Assembly: GCA_002269645.1 (NCBI GenBank)
Contig: NIVC01001610.1
Location: 186,001-250,000 of the forward strand
Direction: 5' to 3'
Length of the DNA: 64,000 nucleotides
From: Macrostomum lignano
Lineage: Eukaryota
Below, in pieces: positions 25,338-39,400 of this stretch. Made by a program: the position numbers and the translations under genes. The notes beneath the pieces are model-generated. The model ran no database searches and was not told the origin of the DNA. It was given only the letters and a program-made list of their open reading frames with translations. The stretch's first letter is position 1, and each line of letters begins with the position of its first letter.

Positions 25338-27608
25338 GTCCTCAAAGTCACCACCATATCCTCAAAGTCACCACCAAATCCTCAAAGTCACCACCATATC
25401 CTCAAAGTCAACCATATCCTTAAAATCAAAACCATATCCTTAAAATCAAAACCATATCCTTAAAATCAAAACCATATCCTCAAAGTCAACCATATCCTCA
25501 AGTCACCACCATTTCCTCAAAGTCACCACCATTTCCTCAAAGTCACCACCATTTTCTCAAAGTCACCACCATTTCCTCAAAGTCAACCATATCCTCAAGT
25601 CACCACCATTTCCTCAAAGTCACCACCATATCCTCAAAGTCACCACCATTTCCTCAAAGTCACCACCATTTCCTCAAAGTCAAACATATCCTCAAACTCA
25701 CAACTATATTCTCAAAGTCACAGCCATATCCTCAAAGTCACAGCCATATCCTCAAAGTCACAGCCATATCCTCAAAGTCACAACCATATCCGCAAAGTCA
25801 CAACAGTATCAAAGTCACAGCCATATCCGCAAAGTCACAACAGTATCAAAGTCACAACCATATCCGCAAAGTCACAACAGTATCAAAGTCACAGCCATAT
25901 CCGCAAAGTCACAACAGTATCAAAGTCACAGCCATATCCTCAAAGTCACAGCCATATCCGCAAAGTCACAGCCATATCCTCAAAGTCACAACCATATCCG
26001 CAAAGTCACAACAGTATCAAAGTCACAACAGTATCAAAGTCACAACAGTATCAAATTCACAACAGTATCAAAGTCACAACAGTATCAAAGTCATAGCCAT
26101 ATCCTCAAAGTCACAACAGTACCAAAGTCATAGCCATATCCTCAAAGTCACAACAGTATCAAAGTCATAGCCATATCCTCAAAGTCACAACAGTATCAAA
26201 GTCATAGCCATATCCTCAAAGTCACAACAGTATCAAAGTCACAGCCATATCCTCAAAGTCACAACAGTATCAAAGTCATAGCCATATCCGCAAAGTCACA
26301 GCCTTATCCTCAAAGTCACAACAGTATCAAAGTCACAGCCATATCCTCAAAGTCACAGCCATATCCTCAAAGTCACAACAGTATCAAAGTCATAGCCATA
26401 TCCGCAAAGTCACAGCCTTATCCTCAAAGTCACAACAGTATCAAAGTCACAGCCATATCCTCAAAGTCACAACAGTATCAAAGTCATAGCCATATCCGCA
26501 AAGTCACAGCCTTATCCTCAAAGTCACAACAGTATCAAAGTCATAGCCATATCCGCAAAGTCACAGCCTTATCCTCAAAGTCACAACAGTATCAAAGTCA
26601 TAGCCATATCCGCAAAGTCACAGCCATATCCGCAAAGTCACAGCCTTATCCTCAAAGTCACAACAGTATCAAAGTCATAGCCATATCCGCAAAGTCACAG
26701 CCTTATCCTCAAAGTCACAACAGTATCAAAGTCATAGCCATATCCGCAAAGTCACAGCCATATCCGCAAAGTCACAGCCTTATCCTCAAAGTCACAACAG
26801 TATCAAAGTCATAGCCATATCCGCAAAGTCACAGCCATATCCGCAAAGTCACAGCCTTATCCTCAAAGTCACAGCCATATCCGCAAAGTCACAGCCTTAT
26901 CCTCAAAGTCACAACAGTATCAAAGTCATAGCCATATCCGCAAAGTCACAGCCATATCCGCAAAGTCACAGCCTTATCCTCAAAGTCACAACAGTATCAA
27001 AGTCATAGCCATATCCGCAAAGTCACAGCCTTATCCTCAAAGTCACAACAGTATCAAAGTCACAGCCATATCCGCAAAGTCACAGCCTTATCCTCAAAGT
27101 CACAACAGTATCAAAGTCATAGCCATATCCGCAAAGTCACAGCCATATCCGCAAAGTCACAGCCTTATCCTCAAAGTCACAACAGTATCAAAGTCACAGC
27201 CATATCCGCAAAGTCACAGCCTTATCCTCAAAGTCACAACAGTATCAAAGTCATAGCCATATCCGCAAAGTCACAGCCATATCCTCAAAGTCACAACAGT
27301 ATCAAAGTCACAGCCATATCCGCAAAGTCACAGCCATATCCTCAAAGTCACAACAGTATCAAAGTCATAGCCATATCCGCAAAGTCACAGCCATATCCTC
27401 AAAGTCACAGCCATATCCGCAAAGTCACAGCCTTATCCTCAAAGTCACAACAGTATCAAAGTCATAGCCATATCCGCAAAGTCACAGCCATATCCGCAAA
27501 GTCACAGCCATATCCTCAAAGTCACAACAGTATCAAAGTCACAGCCATATCCTCAAAGTCACAGCAGTATCAAAGTCATAGCCATATCCGCAAAGTCACA
27601 GCCATATT
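25338..27608. repeat. Compound 17/20-bp minisatellite
   Basis: Units caaagtcacagccatatcct/ccg (20 bp) and caaagtcacaacagtat (17 bp); the left end uses caaagtcaccaccatatcct. Confidence 0.95.
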
Positions 27609-30600
27609 CGCAAAGAATTTATAAAAGAGAACACCATAATTTGTATTTGTTTCGAGCCAGACTAAGCTACGAAAACTTGGATGCAAACGGCGTATTGTTA
27701 AAGTTGAATACGAAATTAGAGTAGCCGCAATGGGAAGGAAACGGTCAATACGATGCAGCTTTAACTCAGTCTGGGAATTAATTGTTAAGCTGCATTCATA
27801 TGAAGCCATTGGGACGTGTCGGTATTTGTAGGTGATTCGGTTATTTCGCAGGCAAAATGTCATACTTTAATTATATTTGGGATAAGACTGCTCGGATTAT
27901 TAAATATAGTGATTGCGTACCATTCAGTTTACCGTGCACTGAATGCGTCTGATTGCGTCTTTATGAAGATTTTAGCTTCAATTTAAAACATCTTCAAAGC
28001 TAAAAAATGAGTAGGAGCGAGGGAAAAGACCTTGCACAGCGGAGGAACTAAAAAAATTAAGAGATAAGTGCGCAAAACAAAAAACAGGTCACGTGTAATT
28101 ACGTGTAACTATAACAAAGCAGGAAAGTTCGGCAAGCATGAATGTCTCGCGAAAAATCAGTAAAGGAATGAATCAAACTATAAACTATCTGCAAGCATTC
28201 TCACCAGCAAATGTTGCTTATATGTACAGCAGTTCGGATATATTGGATGTGCCCTTCTTATATTCCGTGGTTTTAGCTACGCTCGTAAATTCAATTCGTC
28301 CCTCAATCTTGCTGTCGCAGGTGTAAGTAAGATATATAGTTGTGCTTAAAAATACAGTCAGCGGGAAATAAGCAAATAAGAAGCATAGTAAATAATAACA
28401 TTTTAAGAACTAAGAATGTTCCGACTATAATTAGCAAAATATTGTTAAAAAGCAGTAAGTAGCGGTATGGCAGTCCGGGATAAAAGTGGAATTAAAGATT
28501 TGATAAATGGTACGACTTGACTAGAAAATGAGCTGCTTCTTTAGGAGACAAATTTTCAGGCCTAAGTGAGTGCGCGCTTTTATAAATTAGTAACAAACAA
28601 AGCTGCAAAAACACCACCAAAAGCTGAAATGGGTTGCAGGAAACTATAAGCTATTATATGGAACCGAGATACTCAAATCGTTGATACGGCCGAGACTCGA
28701 CGGTCAGTCTTGGAGCAGATGAGGGCCGCCCAAAAATTTTCTGCAAGATTAAAATTTTTTTGGTGGGAAATCAGTTAGCTTAGATTGAACTTCATCAATT
28801 GCAGTGGCGAATTTTGAGCAGTGCATTTATAAGAACAACGGGAAATATTAGCTATATAGAAATTATGAAACGATCACAATGTCAGAGTAATGCATGAAAC
28901 CTAGCATTTCGATCATACAGAAAATACGTGCCGCTAAAATTTAACCACTCTTCGGTTGTGTACGAGAAAAACTCAAACCGAAACAATGAGAAAAGCCTGA
29001 TACGATCTACTCGTATATTTCCCTCGGTTTAAATTTCTGTCCAGGTTTATTTTTAACGACTTGATAACGACAGTATAGGCACAGAATATGTGCTGCCGTT
29101 GAGATTTACGACACCCACACAAAAGTAAAGCCTATGATGAGCGGCACAACAGCACTTTATTCACATCTATATATATGAAAAGTAAAATTGGACAATAGTT
29201 AATTAAAACTGATGCCATGCTTGCAATATGTTTACACGACAATGTTGTACACTGAATATGGTACTCGTACATGTACATGACCTCGCACGAGTTTGATTGA
29301 AATTCCCTACACTGTAGCTCCCTACACTGTACACTGTAGCTACAGTGTACACATCCGATAAAAATGGTGTTCTCAGGAACTTAAACTAGGACGGATACTG
29401 GCCAAAATAATGCAGAAAATTATTGGAGACTGGTTTTTTCTAGTGCTCCGTAGAAGTTATTATTGAATCTATATAGAAAGCTTGTAGATATATATAGAAA
29501 GCTTGTAGATATATATAGAAAGCTTGTTTTCTTCGCCATCCTGTACAGAATTTAAATAGTCCCTGGATGTTTTGATTATGTCAACCCCTTGCCAATTGAA
29601 CTTTCAGGACAAGCCCTCTGTAAGATTTGTTGCTTTTAGGAACAATAAAAGTTGCTTTTAGGAGCAAGAAAGTTGCTTTTTGTACAGTGAGCTCCATTTA
29701 ATCGATATTCTATAGTTTCTGTGGCTTTATTTCCAAGACCAGCTATATTCATAAAACTTTTAGCAATTTTTTGCAAAGCCTGCTGTAATTAAGTTCAGCC
29801 CTATGCTTTGATTTTCCATGTGAGGAAAATTTGCGTCAGTTTTACGTCTCTCCGCTATTCTCTCTTTCTTTATAATCGACGCTGTTTCGTTTTGTTGCTT
29901 AGTTTCTCCCCCTGATCCCTGCCCTAGCATAGGGATTAGGCAGTTGAGTTGGGAATTGGATAATGGGAAGAAATTGTACGCAAAAATATTCTAAATGTAC
30001 GTGTAATATTCTACAATAATATGAAAAACAGAAGAGACGTGAACAAAATATTTAGATACATGTTCAATTCACAAAAATACGACATTAAGGAAACATAATG
30101 GCTAATTAATCGTACAAAAATAAGCATAATGGTAGTTACCTATAGGAAATATACAGCTCATTCAATTTTCTTGGCTTATTGATTTGTGCGATTCATTCCA
30201 CCGATGCGCGGGTAAAGGTAGGGCGAGAAAGATATTCGCTGTATCATATAGAGATAAGCTAGAAAATAATATTTCCAGGTAACTAATTTGATAGCTGGGG
30301 CGAGCAATTGGCAGAATTAACTAAATATAATACACGGCGTTTGCCAAAGCAAGCCAACTCTGAACTCAAAGCAGTTGTGAGTCATAGCAAATGTCTCATC
30401 TGATTAACAAACTGTTTAGTAGTAGTGTTCTAAATAATTTAATGAAAGAGGATTTTGTTGATATGTACACTGATCGAGAAGTGTACAATCCAATCATTCG
30501 TTAACTTGGGAGCAAGCAGCCTCTCCAATCCAACCAAATGTATGTAATGAGGGATAGAGAAAAAAACTGGGCCACTGTTCAATAAATAATGTACAATCAG

Positions 30601-31769
30601 TCCAAGATAACCACAAATAAAATACTATAATAACTGCATATAGGCCACTTAGGTTATATTAGCTTGATAAAACAGTTTGTCTGTCTACTTTCAGTTCAGT
30701 AGCAAGGAAGAATGCGTAAGCTATTTTTTTATTTAAATTGACTTGCAGACGTAATGTACATTAGCCACTGAGAATGTACATCTAAAGATTGGTAAGGGCG
30801 AGGGGAGAGATTTGTTGCGGAAAGATGCGGTCGGAGGGGTTAACCTTGGGGGGAGGCTAAGACGGCAATATTTCATGTACATGCCAGCTTTAGGCGGAAC
30901 TCCGCGACAAGGCAATAAAAATCGGTCAGAAGGGGGTGGGGTAGAGATTTTGTGCGGAAAGACAAGTTGGAGGGGTAAGCTTGGGAGAGAGGGGTAAGAG
31001 GGTCAATAAATGGAGTCTTGTATTTAAATATAATAATTATTTGCCTTGATTTTAATATATTCTACTGATCTGAAAGTAGTTTATTGCGATATTTCTGTAA
31101 ATTAAGGTAACTACGGATCATTACCTGACTTTTACTGCGCTTAATTTTTCATCTGTGTAAGCCAAAATGAGTGCCTTGTACACGCTTGATGCTAAATAAT
31201 TTCCTAAATAATTTGTTGAAATTGTGATAAATAAAAACGGACTCCATTATCGCAGATCAGATCTGATATGAAAACACAAGAAAATGGCAGGTAAAAGTGT
31301 GTAAAAATCCGAGTAAAAGATATGCCTTGGTCTCCACGATCCACTGTCTTATGACTGCGCAGTGGATCAAAATGGCTTGATATATTCTTGCGAGTTTACA
31401 AAAGAGTTCGGCTTATTTTAAAAATGCTTGCGTGGGACGAAAACAAAATTGATTACATTGTTTGAAACATGGTACAGCTGCATTTCAAATATGGCGAGTT
31501 AATTTGATCAAAGCAAATTGTCACTATTCGAGGTAAAATATTCAAACGCTAGCAAGGCTCTGTGCGTAAAAAAAACAATTTAGAAAAAAAATAATTTTTG
31601 CCGAAAGGGATGCCAGGTTACACTCCGGAATGCAGCCCAAAGTTCACCTCTGTTACGAGTACATAAAATAGACATTTGCAAGAGCTCTTTAGGCGTTCTA
31701 GCGCAACGCATTTGGAGCTTTCCGCTGACTCATGAGCACAACACAAGCGCGCCAATTCTGTACGCAGGC

Positions 31770-31980
31770 GCGCACTCATACACGCTCACACAGGGTGTAC
31801 AACGACCCTGACTTCCTAATGGTCAGGCACGTACACTCTCTGTACCTTGGGGGTTGGTCCTCAGAGCTAGCTAGCTGTGAATCGCAACTCCCTGGCCAAT
31901 TTTCGCGCACAAGCCCCAAATTACTGTGGAATGGAGTCGAACCAGGGGTCGTGGCCACTGACTCAGCGACAGTGCGTGTT
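31770..31980 (-). mobile_element. Possible tRNA-derived SINE remnant
   Basis: Perfect B-box GGTTCGACTCC on the minus strand at 31933-31943 with a tRNA-like preceding segment and a GC-richer body; no clear A-box or tail. Confidence 0.35.
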
Positions 31981-32310
31981 TAATTAATGGAAAAAGTTCG
32001 CAACAAACACCATGATGTGGCTGCAACACTAACGAATAAACCTAACAACAGTCGAAGAGCATAATCATTGAATGCTAGACTGGACTTGAAAGTTCGGGTC
32101 GTATTCCTGAGCATAAGCTGGCATCCCCGTCTGTCAGGTCTGATTAGTTTGCCGTAGTGGGCCCGAATGCAATTTAAGAGCTTCACAGCATAATACTCAT
32201 TAGCGATGGCTATTGACGAATACTTTAGCAGTGCAACGAAGAGTTGCCATGATCTCCTACTGCTCAGTAGAATGCGTCACTTACCTCCTCGCCGGGAAGC
32301 TGATCCCAGC

Positions 32311-33453
32311 TTAGTAGGGCCGGGCCTCGCCCTTGGGCCGCTTGAGCTGCACCTTGAGCCGCTTGGTGCCGATCTGGAAGCCGTTCATCGCCTGGATGGC
32401 CGCGGCAGCCGAGGCCGAGTTGTCGAAGCTGACGAAGCCGAAGCACTTACTCTGGTTGGTGGCCCGGTCCACGTACACCTTGGCCGAGATCACCGTGCCG
32501 AACGGGGCGAACATCTGGGCCAGTTCTGTGTCGCCGAACTCCTGCGGCAGATGGTAGATGAACAGGTTGCAGCCGTCGGGCCCGGTCAGGATGAACTCCT
32601 TAGAGCCGTCCTTGTGCTGCACCGGCATCGTGATGGCCTGCTGGGCCAGCGACATGAACGGGTTGTAGGCCGCGGCGGCCGGGGTCGGATAGGGGGCGGC
32701 TGCGGCGGGCGGAGGGGATGGGCGGTTGAGCAGCGTGTCTTTTACATACATAAACTATTGACATCTTTGTTCTGCTGACATTCTTGAAGGTACATTAGGC
32801 CGTGAATGATCACGAATCACGAATGAAGAGTCAGCAGTGCCCCCTTACTCCACGGTGCCCCTTACTCTACAGTTCCCCCTTACTCCACGATGCCCCCTTA
32901 CTCCCCGATGTCTCCTTACTCCACAGTGCCCCCTTACTCCACAGTGCCCCCTTACTCCACAGTGCCCCCTTACTCTCGACCTCCCGAGATGTTCCCTAAA
33001 CTGATGCATCCCCGTTATTACAGTGCACCTCTACTTACTTCAATTCAGTAGTCTATCAAGTTCATGCTTACTTAGTGAAAATAGTGAAATATTTTTCCAA
33101 TCAGTCAGTAAAACAAGCAAAAGCACAACTGCCATCTCACCGATGCCGCTGTACGCATTCATAGACGAGTACATCTGCTGCAGGGGATCCGCTGAAACCG
33201 CAAGCGTTAACAACAAACGTTACTAGAGAGCTCAAACTTGCTTTAATAATCATGGAGTGTGAAGCAGACACTAATTGCATTCTCACCGCCTGCCCCATTC
33301 AAATACGGAGTCGGGATGCCGCTGGCCGCGTACAGGGCAGCAGCCTCGGCCGCAGCAGCCGCGGCAGCCACCGAGTGACCGCCTCCGCCGCTAGCGCCGT
33401 TCATGGCGCCGCCGAGGCCGCCGCTGGCGCCGGTGCCTGTCGACAGCGAAAGG

Positions 33454-33491
<38 letters not shown>

Positions 33492-36400
33492 TACGCCAGC
33501 TGTGGAGCTGAGCATCGCCGCTGTTAGCTGAGCACCTCCGGTCGAGGTGGCGGATGCAGCTGCTGCGGCAGCGGCTGCCAGACCACTGAGACTTGACTGC
33601 GGCTGCGGAGGCTGCGGCTGCGGCTGCTGCTGCGTAGTTGGCGCGCCTCCCTGAAGCTGTAGGGCCAGAGCAGCCACGGGGTTCACGTAACCGGCAGTCT
33701 GGGCGAGACTCTGCAATGCGGTGTCCGGGATGCTGGACTGTGCCTGCTGCGTGCGGCTCTGGCCAGTGCAGCAAAAAAATCAAACATAAACTCGGGGCTG
33801 CCCTTTTCTAAGCTGAGAAAGCTGAAGTGAAGCGGCTTGAATCCCGATTGAAATGGGATTGTATTTTGTACTTGGGATTGGGATCTGGATTCCAGAAAAA
33901 AATCATAGGGATTCATTTAAGCAAATTGGATCGGGATCCAGGTAGATGGGATTAGGGAGCTAGGTAGATGGGATTAGGGAGCTAGGTAGATGGGATTAGG
34001 GAGCTAGGTAGATGGGATTAGGGAGCTAGGTAGATGGGATTAGGGAGCTAGGTAGATGGGATTAGGGAGCTAGGTAGATAGGATTGGGATCAACGTAGAT
34101 GGGATCGGGATCCACGTAGATGGGTTCGGGATCCACGTAGATGGGATTCTGTAGCTAGGTAGATGGGATCGGGATCTAGGTAGATGGGATTCTGTAGCTA
34201 GGTAGATGGGTTCGGGATCTAGGTAGATGGGATTCTGTAGCTAGGTAGATGGGATCGGGATCTAGGTAGATGGGATTCTGTAGCTAGGTAGATGGGATCG
34301 GGATCTAGGTAGATGGGATTCTGTAGCTAGGTAGATGGGTTCGGGATCTAGGTAGATGGGATTCTGTAGCTAGGTAGATGGGATCGGGATCTAGGTAGAT
34401 GGGATTCGGGAGCCAAGTAGATGGGATCGGGATCTAGGTAAATGGGATCGGGATATAAGTAGATGGGATCGGGATATAGGTAGATGGGATTCGGGAGCTA
34501 AGTAGATGGGATCGGGATGCAGGTAGATGGGGATGCAGGTAGATGGGGATGTAGGTAGATGGGGACGCAGGTAGATAGGGATGCAGGTAGATGGGGATGC
34601 AGGTAGATGGGGATGCAGGTAGATGCAGGTCGGAAGCCAGGCTGCCCCAGCCCCACCATTCCCGGAGCCGGCAGGAAGATGTAGCCAAACGAGCCGCGAC
34701 TGGTGCCCTTTTGACTGGCGGGGCCGATGACGTCACCAACTGGCGAAGCTTCTATGACCCGCGCCAAGTCTTTGTCCTGCTCTGAATGCTGACGGCGCGA
34801 CTCATCGAGCGGCAAATTCAGCGCGGTAGTCTGAGTCTCGGCGGCGCTCATTTCTGAGTCTGCTTTTGCTAACTGATTTTCCAACTGCTCCGGCTCTCAA
34901 TTACGACCAACTTTACCTTAATACCTGCCGCTACTGACTGCACAAATCGATCGAACTCGAATGGCATGAACTGCTCAGACAAATTTTTGCCAGACACGAA
35001 AGCCAGAGAGAGAGAGAGGGGGGGAGGGGGCACTGAGGGGATTTCCAGAATTTGGGGCAATGGGAACAGCAGGGGCTGTCTGGGAGTTGGCTCGGGCAGG
35101 GGGGCAAGGTACGCGAGCTCCATTGATTTCATTTCTGAAAAATTTGTTTCAGTAATTTTTTTATTTTTGGATTTTAAATGAACTTTCAAGCATTGAAGAG
35201 AAGCTGAGCAGAATTTGCAAGCATGGCCGCCGAATCCCCGTGTGCTAATTATTTATTATTAATAATTGCTCTCTGGAGGCTTTGAAATCTACTGTATGAT
35301 TCATAATTCCTTGACATTTAACCGTCGTCCCAAAACGAGAGCAATATTGAAATCGAACCCGAAACCAATGGACCACTCTGCTAAGGAGATCTTGAAAAGG
35401 AATCCGGAGTGCTAACTTCTCCCCGAGCTCCTCCATACTGTGATGATTTTCTCGTGGGTACATGTACTCTCTGACCTCACTTTCGGTGCAAAGCCTCAGC
35501 AGTGGGATGCCTGACACAGCAAGAACAAGAGTCTGCGACAATTGCCTGCCAATCCTAAATCTAACTGTAACCTAAACCAAACCGAAACCCTAAACTTAAA
35601 CCCTAAACCGTAGCCTAAACCGTAACCTAAACCATAACCTAAACCATGACCCAAACCGTAACCTAAATCGTAACCTAAATAGTAACCTAAACCGTTACAT
35701 AAACCGTAACCTAAACCGTAACCTAAACAGTAACCTAAACCGTATCCTAAACAGTAACCTAAACCATATCCTAAAAAGTAACCTAAACCCTAACCTAAAC
35801 AGTAACCTAAACCGTAACCTAAACAGTAATCTAAACCGTAACCTAAGCAGTAACCTAAACTGTATCCTAAACAGCAACCTAAACAGTAACCTAAGCAGTA
35901 ATCTAAACTGTATCCTAAACAGCAACCTAAACAGTAACCTAAACAGTAATCTAAACTGTATCCTAAACAGCAACCTAAACAGTAACCTAAACAGTAACCT
36001 AAACCCTAGCCCAAACCTAAATCGTCGGCAGTGAAATTGCCGACAGCCAGCTGCCGTGCTACCAAAGACACCGCTCAGCTCAGCCACCGCCCTCAAACGC
36101 ATCCAATGATTGACGGCACGGCACAACGGGAAATCTGCGAATTGCGAAGGCGGGAATCCGGTACCTGAGCGAACGGCCCAGCGAATGCATTCACCTGGCC
36201 GGGCGAGGCCACTCCGGGGTTGACGAGGCCGAGCGGCCCGACCATCTGCTGCAGTTTGCGCAGCTGCCGCTCCTTCTCGTTGTCGGCGAATTTCACCACG
36301 ATGGAGCTGCTGGCGCCCTGGAATTCGCGGATGATAACGGTTGCTAGGGTGCTGTTGCTATGCTGAGTTGGGTTATCGAATTTGCTTGCTAGTTGGGGAT

Positions 36401-39400
36401 CGAGCTACTAGGAATTTTATGGGAAATTGGGATCCATTTAAATGGGATTCGGGATCTAGGTAGATGGGATCGGGATCCAAGTAGATGGGATTTCGGATCC
36501 AGGTAGATGGGATCAGGATTCAGGTAGATAGGATTGGGATCCAGGTAGATAGGATTGGGATCCAGGTAGATAGGATCAGGATCCAGGTAAATAGGATCGG
36601 GATCCAGGTAGATAGGATTGGGATCCAGGTAGATAGGATCGGGATCCAGGTAGATAGGATCGGGATCCAGGTAGATGGGATCGGGATCCAGGTAGATGGG
36701 ATCGGGATCCAGGTAGATAGGATCGGGATCCAGGTAGATGGGATCGGGATCCAGGTAGATGGGATCGGGATCCAGATAGATAGGATCGGGATCCAGGTAG
36801 ATAGGATCAGGATCCAGGTAGATAGGATCGGGATCCAGGTAGATGGGATCGGGATCCAGGTAGATAGGATTGGGATCCAGGTAGATAGGATCGGGATCCA
36901 GGTAGATAGGATCAGGATCCAGGTAGATAGGATCGGGATCCAGGTAGATAGGATCGGGATCCAGGTAGATGAGATCGGGATCCAGGTAGATAGGATCGGG
37001 ATCCAGGTAGATAGGATCGGGATCCAGGTAGATAGGATCGGGATCCAGGTAGATAGGATCAGGATCCAGGTAGATAGGATCGGGATCCAGGTAGATAGGA
37101 TCGGAATCCAGGTAGATGGGATCGGGATCCAGGTAGATGGGATCGGGATCCAGGTAGATAGGATCGGGATCCAGGTAGATAGGATCGGGATCCAGGTAGA
37201 TAGGATCGGGATCCAGGTAGATGGGATCGGGATCCAGGTAGATAGGATCCGGATCCAGGTAGATGGGATCGGGATCCAGGTAGATAGGATCGGAATCCAG
37301 GTAGATGGGATCGGGATCCAGGTAGATAGGATCAGGATCCAGGTAGATAGGATCGGAATCCAGGTAGATGGGATTGGGATTTAGGAAGATGGGATCGGGA
37401 TCCAGCTAGATGGGATCTACATTGGGATCCCAGTGGGTGCATTCACGAAACATCAGAATGCGTGGCTGCTACGAAGAACTGAGTACTAAGAATCTTAGCA
37501 AGCAGGTGCAGAACCTGCGTTAGACCGACTGTGAGCCAATGGGAACAGGCAGTGTTTTGAGAATAATTTTGAAGCATCAGAAACCGGTTCTCGGGTTTCC
37601 CTACCTCCCCTCCTTATCGACCGAAGTCTCGAGGCAAAAAGGAAAAGAAACGAGAAACATTTTAAGAGTATAGTGCTCAATAGTCATCAGGGGGGCAGGG
37701 AATTGGAGACGGTGTACACGGTGTGAGGAGAAGGCTGCTCATATCTACGTAAATATGAGCAGCCTTCCTCCCGTGCCACGCCCTGTCGAATTAGAGTTTG
37801 CTCAAAGAGCTAATTGATGACCGCAGCCCGAGTCGTTCTCAGATACAGCCTAGACTTATGCATCAATGACTGGGTCTTGATTGCTCGGTGCGGTCTCGAA
37901 CTTCCTTCCTGTCTGTTTCTCTTCGTCTCTTTGATTTTTCTCTTTTTGGATAGGAAACTGGGCATGCGGGAGGGGTGTCTGGCACTGCATTTATTGCAGG
38001 GCATGCACTTGGACATCATAGCGGTCTGGCAGGCGCAGTTACACTTGGGTAATACGGACACTAACACAGACACTGTAACACGGACACTGTAACACGGACA
38101 CTGTAACACGGACACTGTAACACGGACACTGTAACACAGACACTGTAACACGGACACTGTAACACAGACACTGTAACACGGACACTGTAACACAGACACT
38201 GTAACACGGACACTGTAACACGGACACTGTAACACGGACACTGTAACACGGACACTGTAACACGGACACTGTAACACACACACTGTAACACACACACTGT
38301 AACACGGACACTGTAACACGGACACTGTAACACAGACACTGTAACATAGACACTGTAACACGGACACTAACACGGACACTGTAACACGGACACTGTAACA
38401 AAGACACTGTAACACAGACACTGTAACACAGAAACTGAAATACAAACACTATAATACAGACACTAACACCGACACTGTAACACAGAAACTGTAACACGGA
38501 CACTGTAACATAGACCCTGTAACACAGTCACTGTAACACAGACACTGTAACACAGACACTGTAACACAGACACTGTAATATGGACACTGTAACAGACACT
38601 GTAATACTACAGACACTGTACTACAGAAACTGTAACAGGGTCACTGTAACACAGACACTGTAGTACAGACACTGTAACACAGACACTGTAATACAGACAC
38701 TGTAACACAGACACTGTAACACAGACACTGTAACACGGACACTGTAATACAGACACTGTAACACAGACACTGTAACACAGACACTGTAACACAGACACTG
38801 TAACACAGACACTGTAACACGGTCACTGTAACACAGACACTGTAACAAAGACACTGTAACATAGACACTGTATCACAGACACTAGTACAGACACTGTAAC
38901 ACAGAAACTGAAATACAAACACTATAATACAGACACTGTAACACCGACACTGTACGACAGAAACTGTAACATGGACACTGTAACACAGACACTGTAGTAC
39001 AGACACTATAACACAGACACTTTAATACAGACACTGTAACACAGACACTGTAACACGGACACTGTAATACAGACACTGTAACACAGACACTGTAACACAG
39101 ACACTGTAACACAGACACTGTAACACAGACACTGTAACACAGACACTGTAACACGGTCACTGTAACACAGACACTGTAACACAGTCACTGTAACACAGAC
39201 ACTGTAACACAGACACTGTAACACAGACACTGTAATACGGACACTGTAACAGACACTGTAATACTACAGACACTGTACTACAGAAACTGTAACAGGGTCA
39301 CTGTAACACAGACACTGTAACACAGACACTGTAATACAGACACTGTAATACAGACACTGTAATACTGACACTGTAATATAGACACTATAATACAGACACT

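Noticed and set aside
32206-32778. 190-aa plus-strand ORF
   Set aside because: Antisense shadow of the CELF RRM3 exon.
34630-34884. GC-rich ORF segment ([11 protein letters not shown]...) as an extra CELF exon
   Set aside because: No convincing donor before it runs into the repeat array, and no similarity to CELF linkers.
36485-37384. 299-aa IGIQVDR ORF and similar long ORFs (20551-21193, 21945-22604, 37810-39792, 47516-48086, 50225-52875, 58332-59643)
   Set aside because: They are stop-free translations of intronic or intergenic minisatellites, open in several frames, with no start or splice context.
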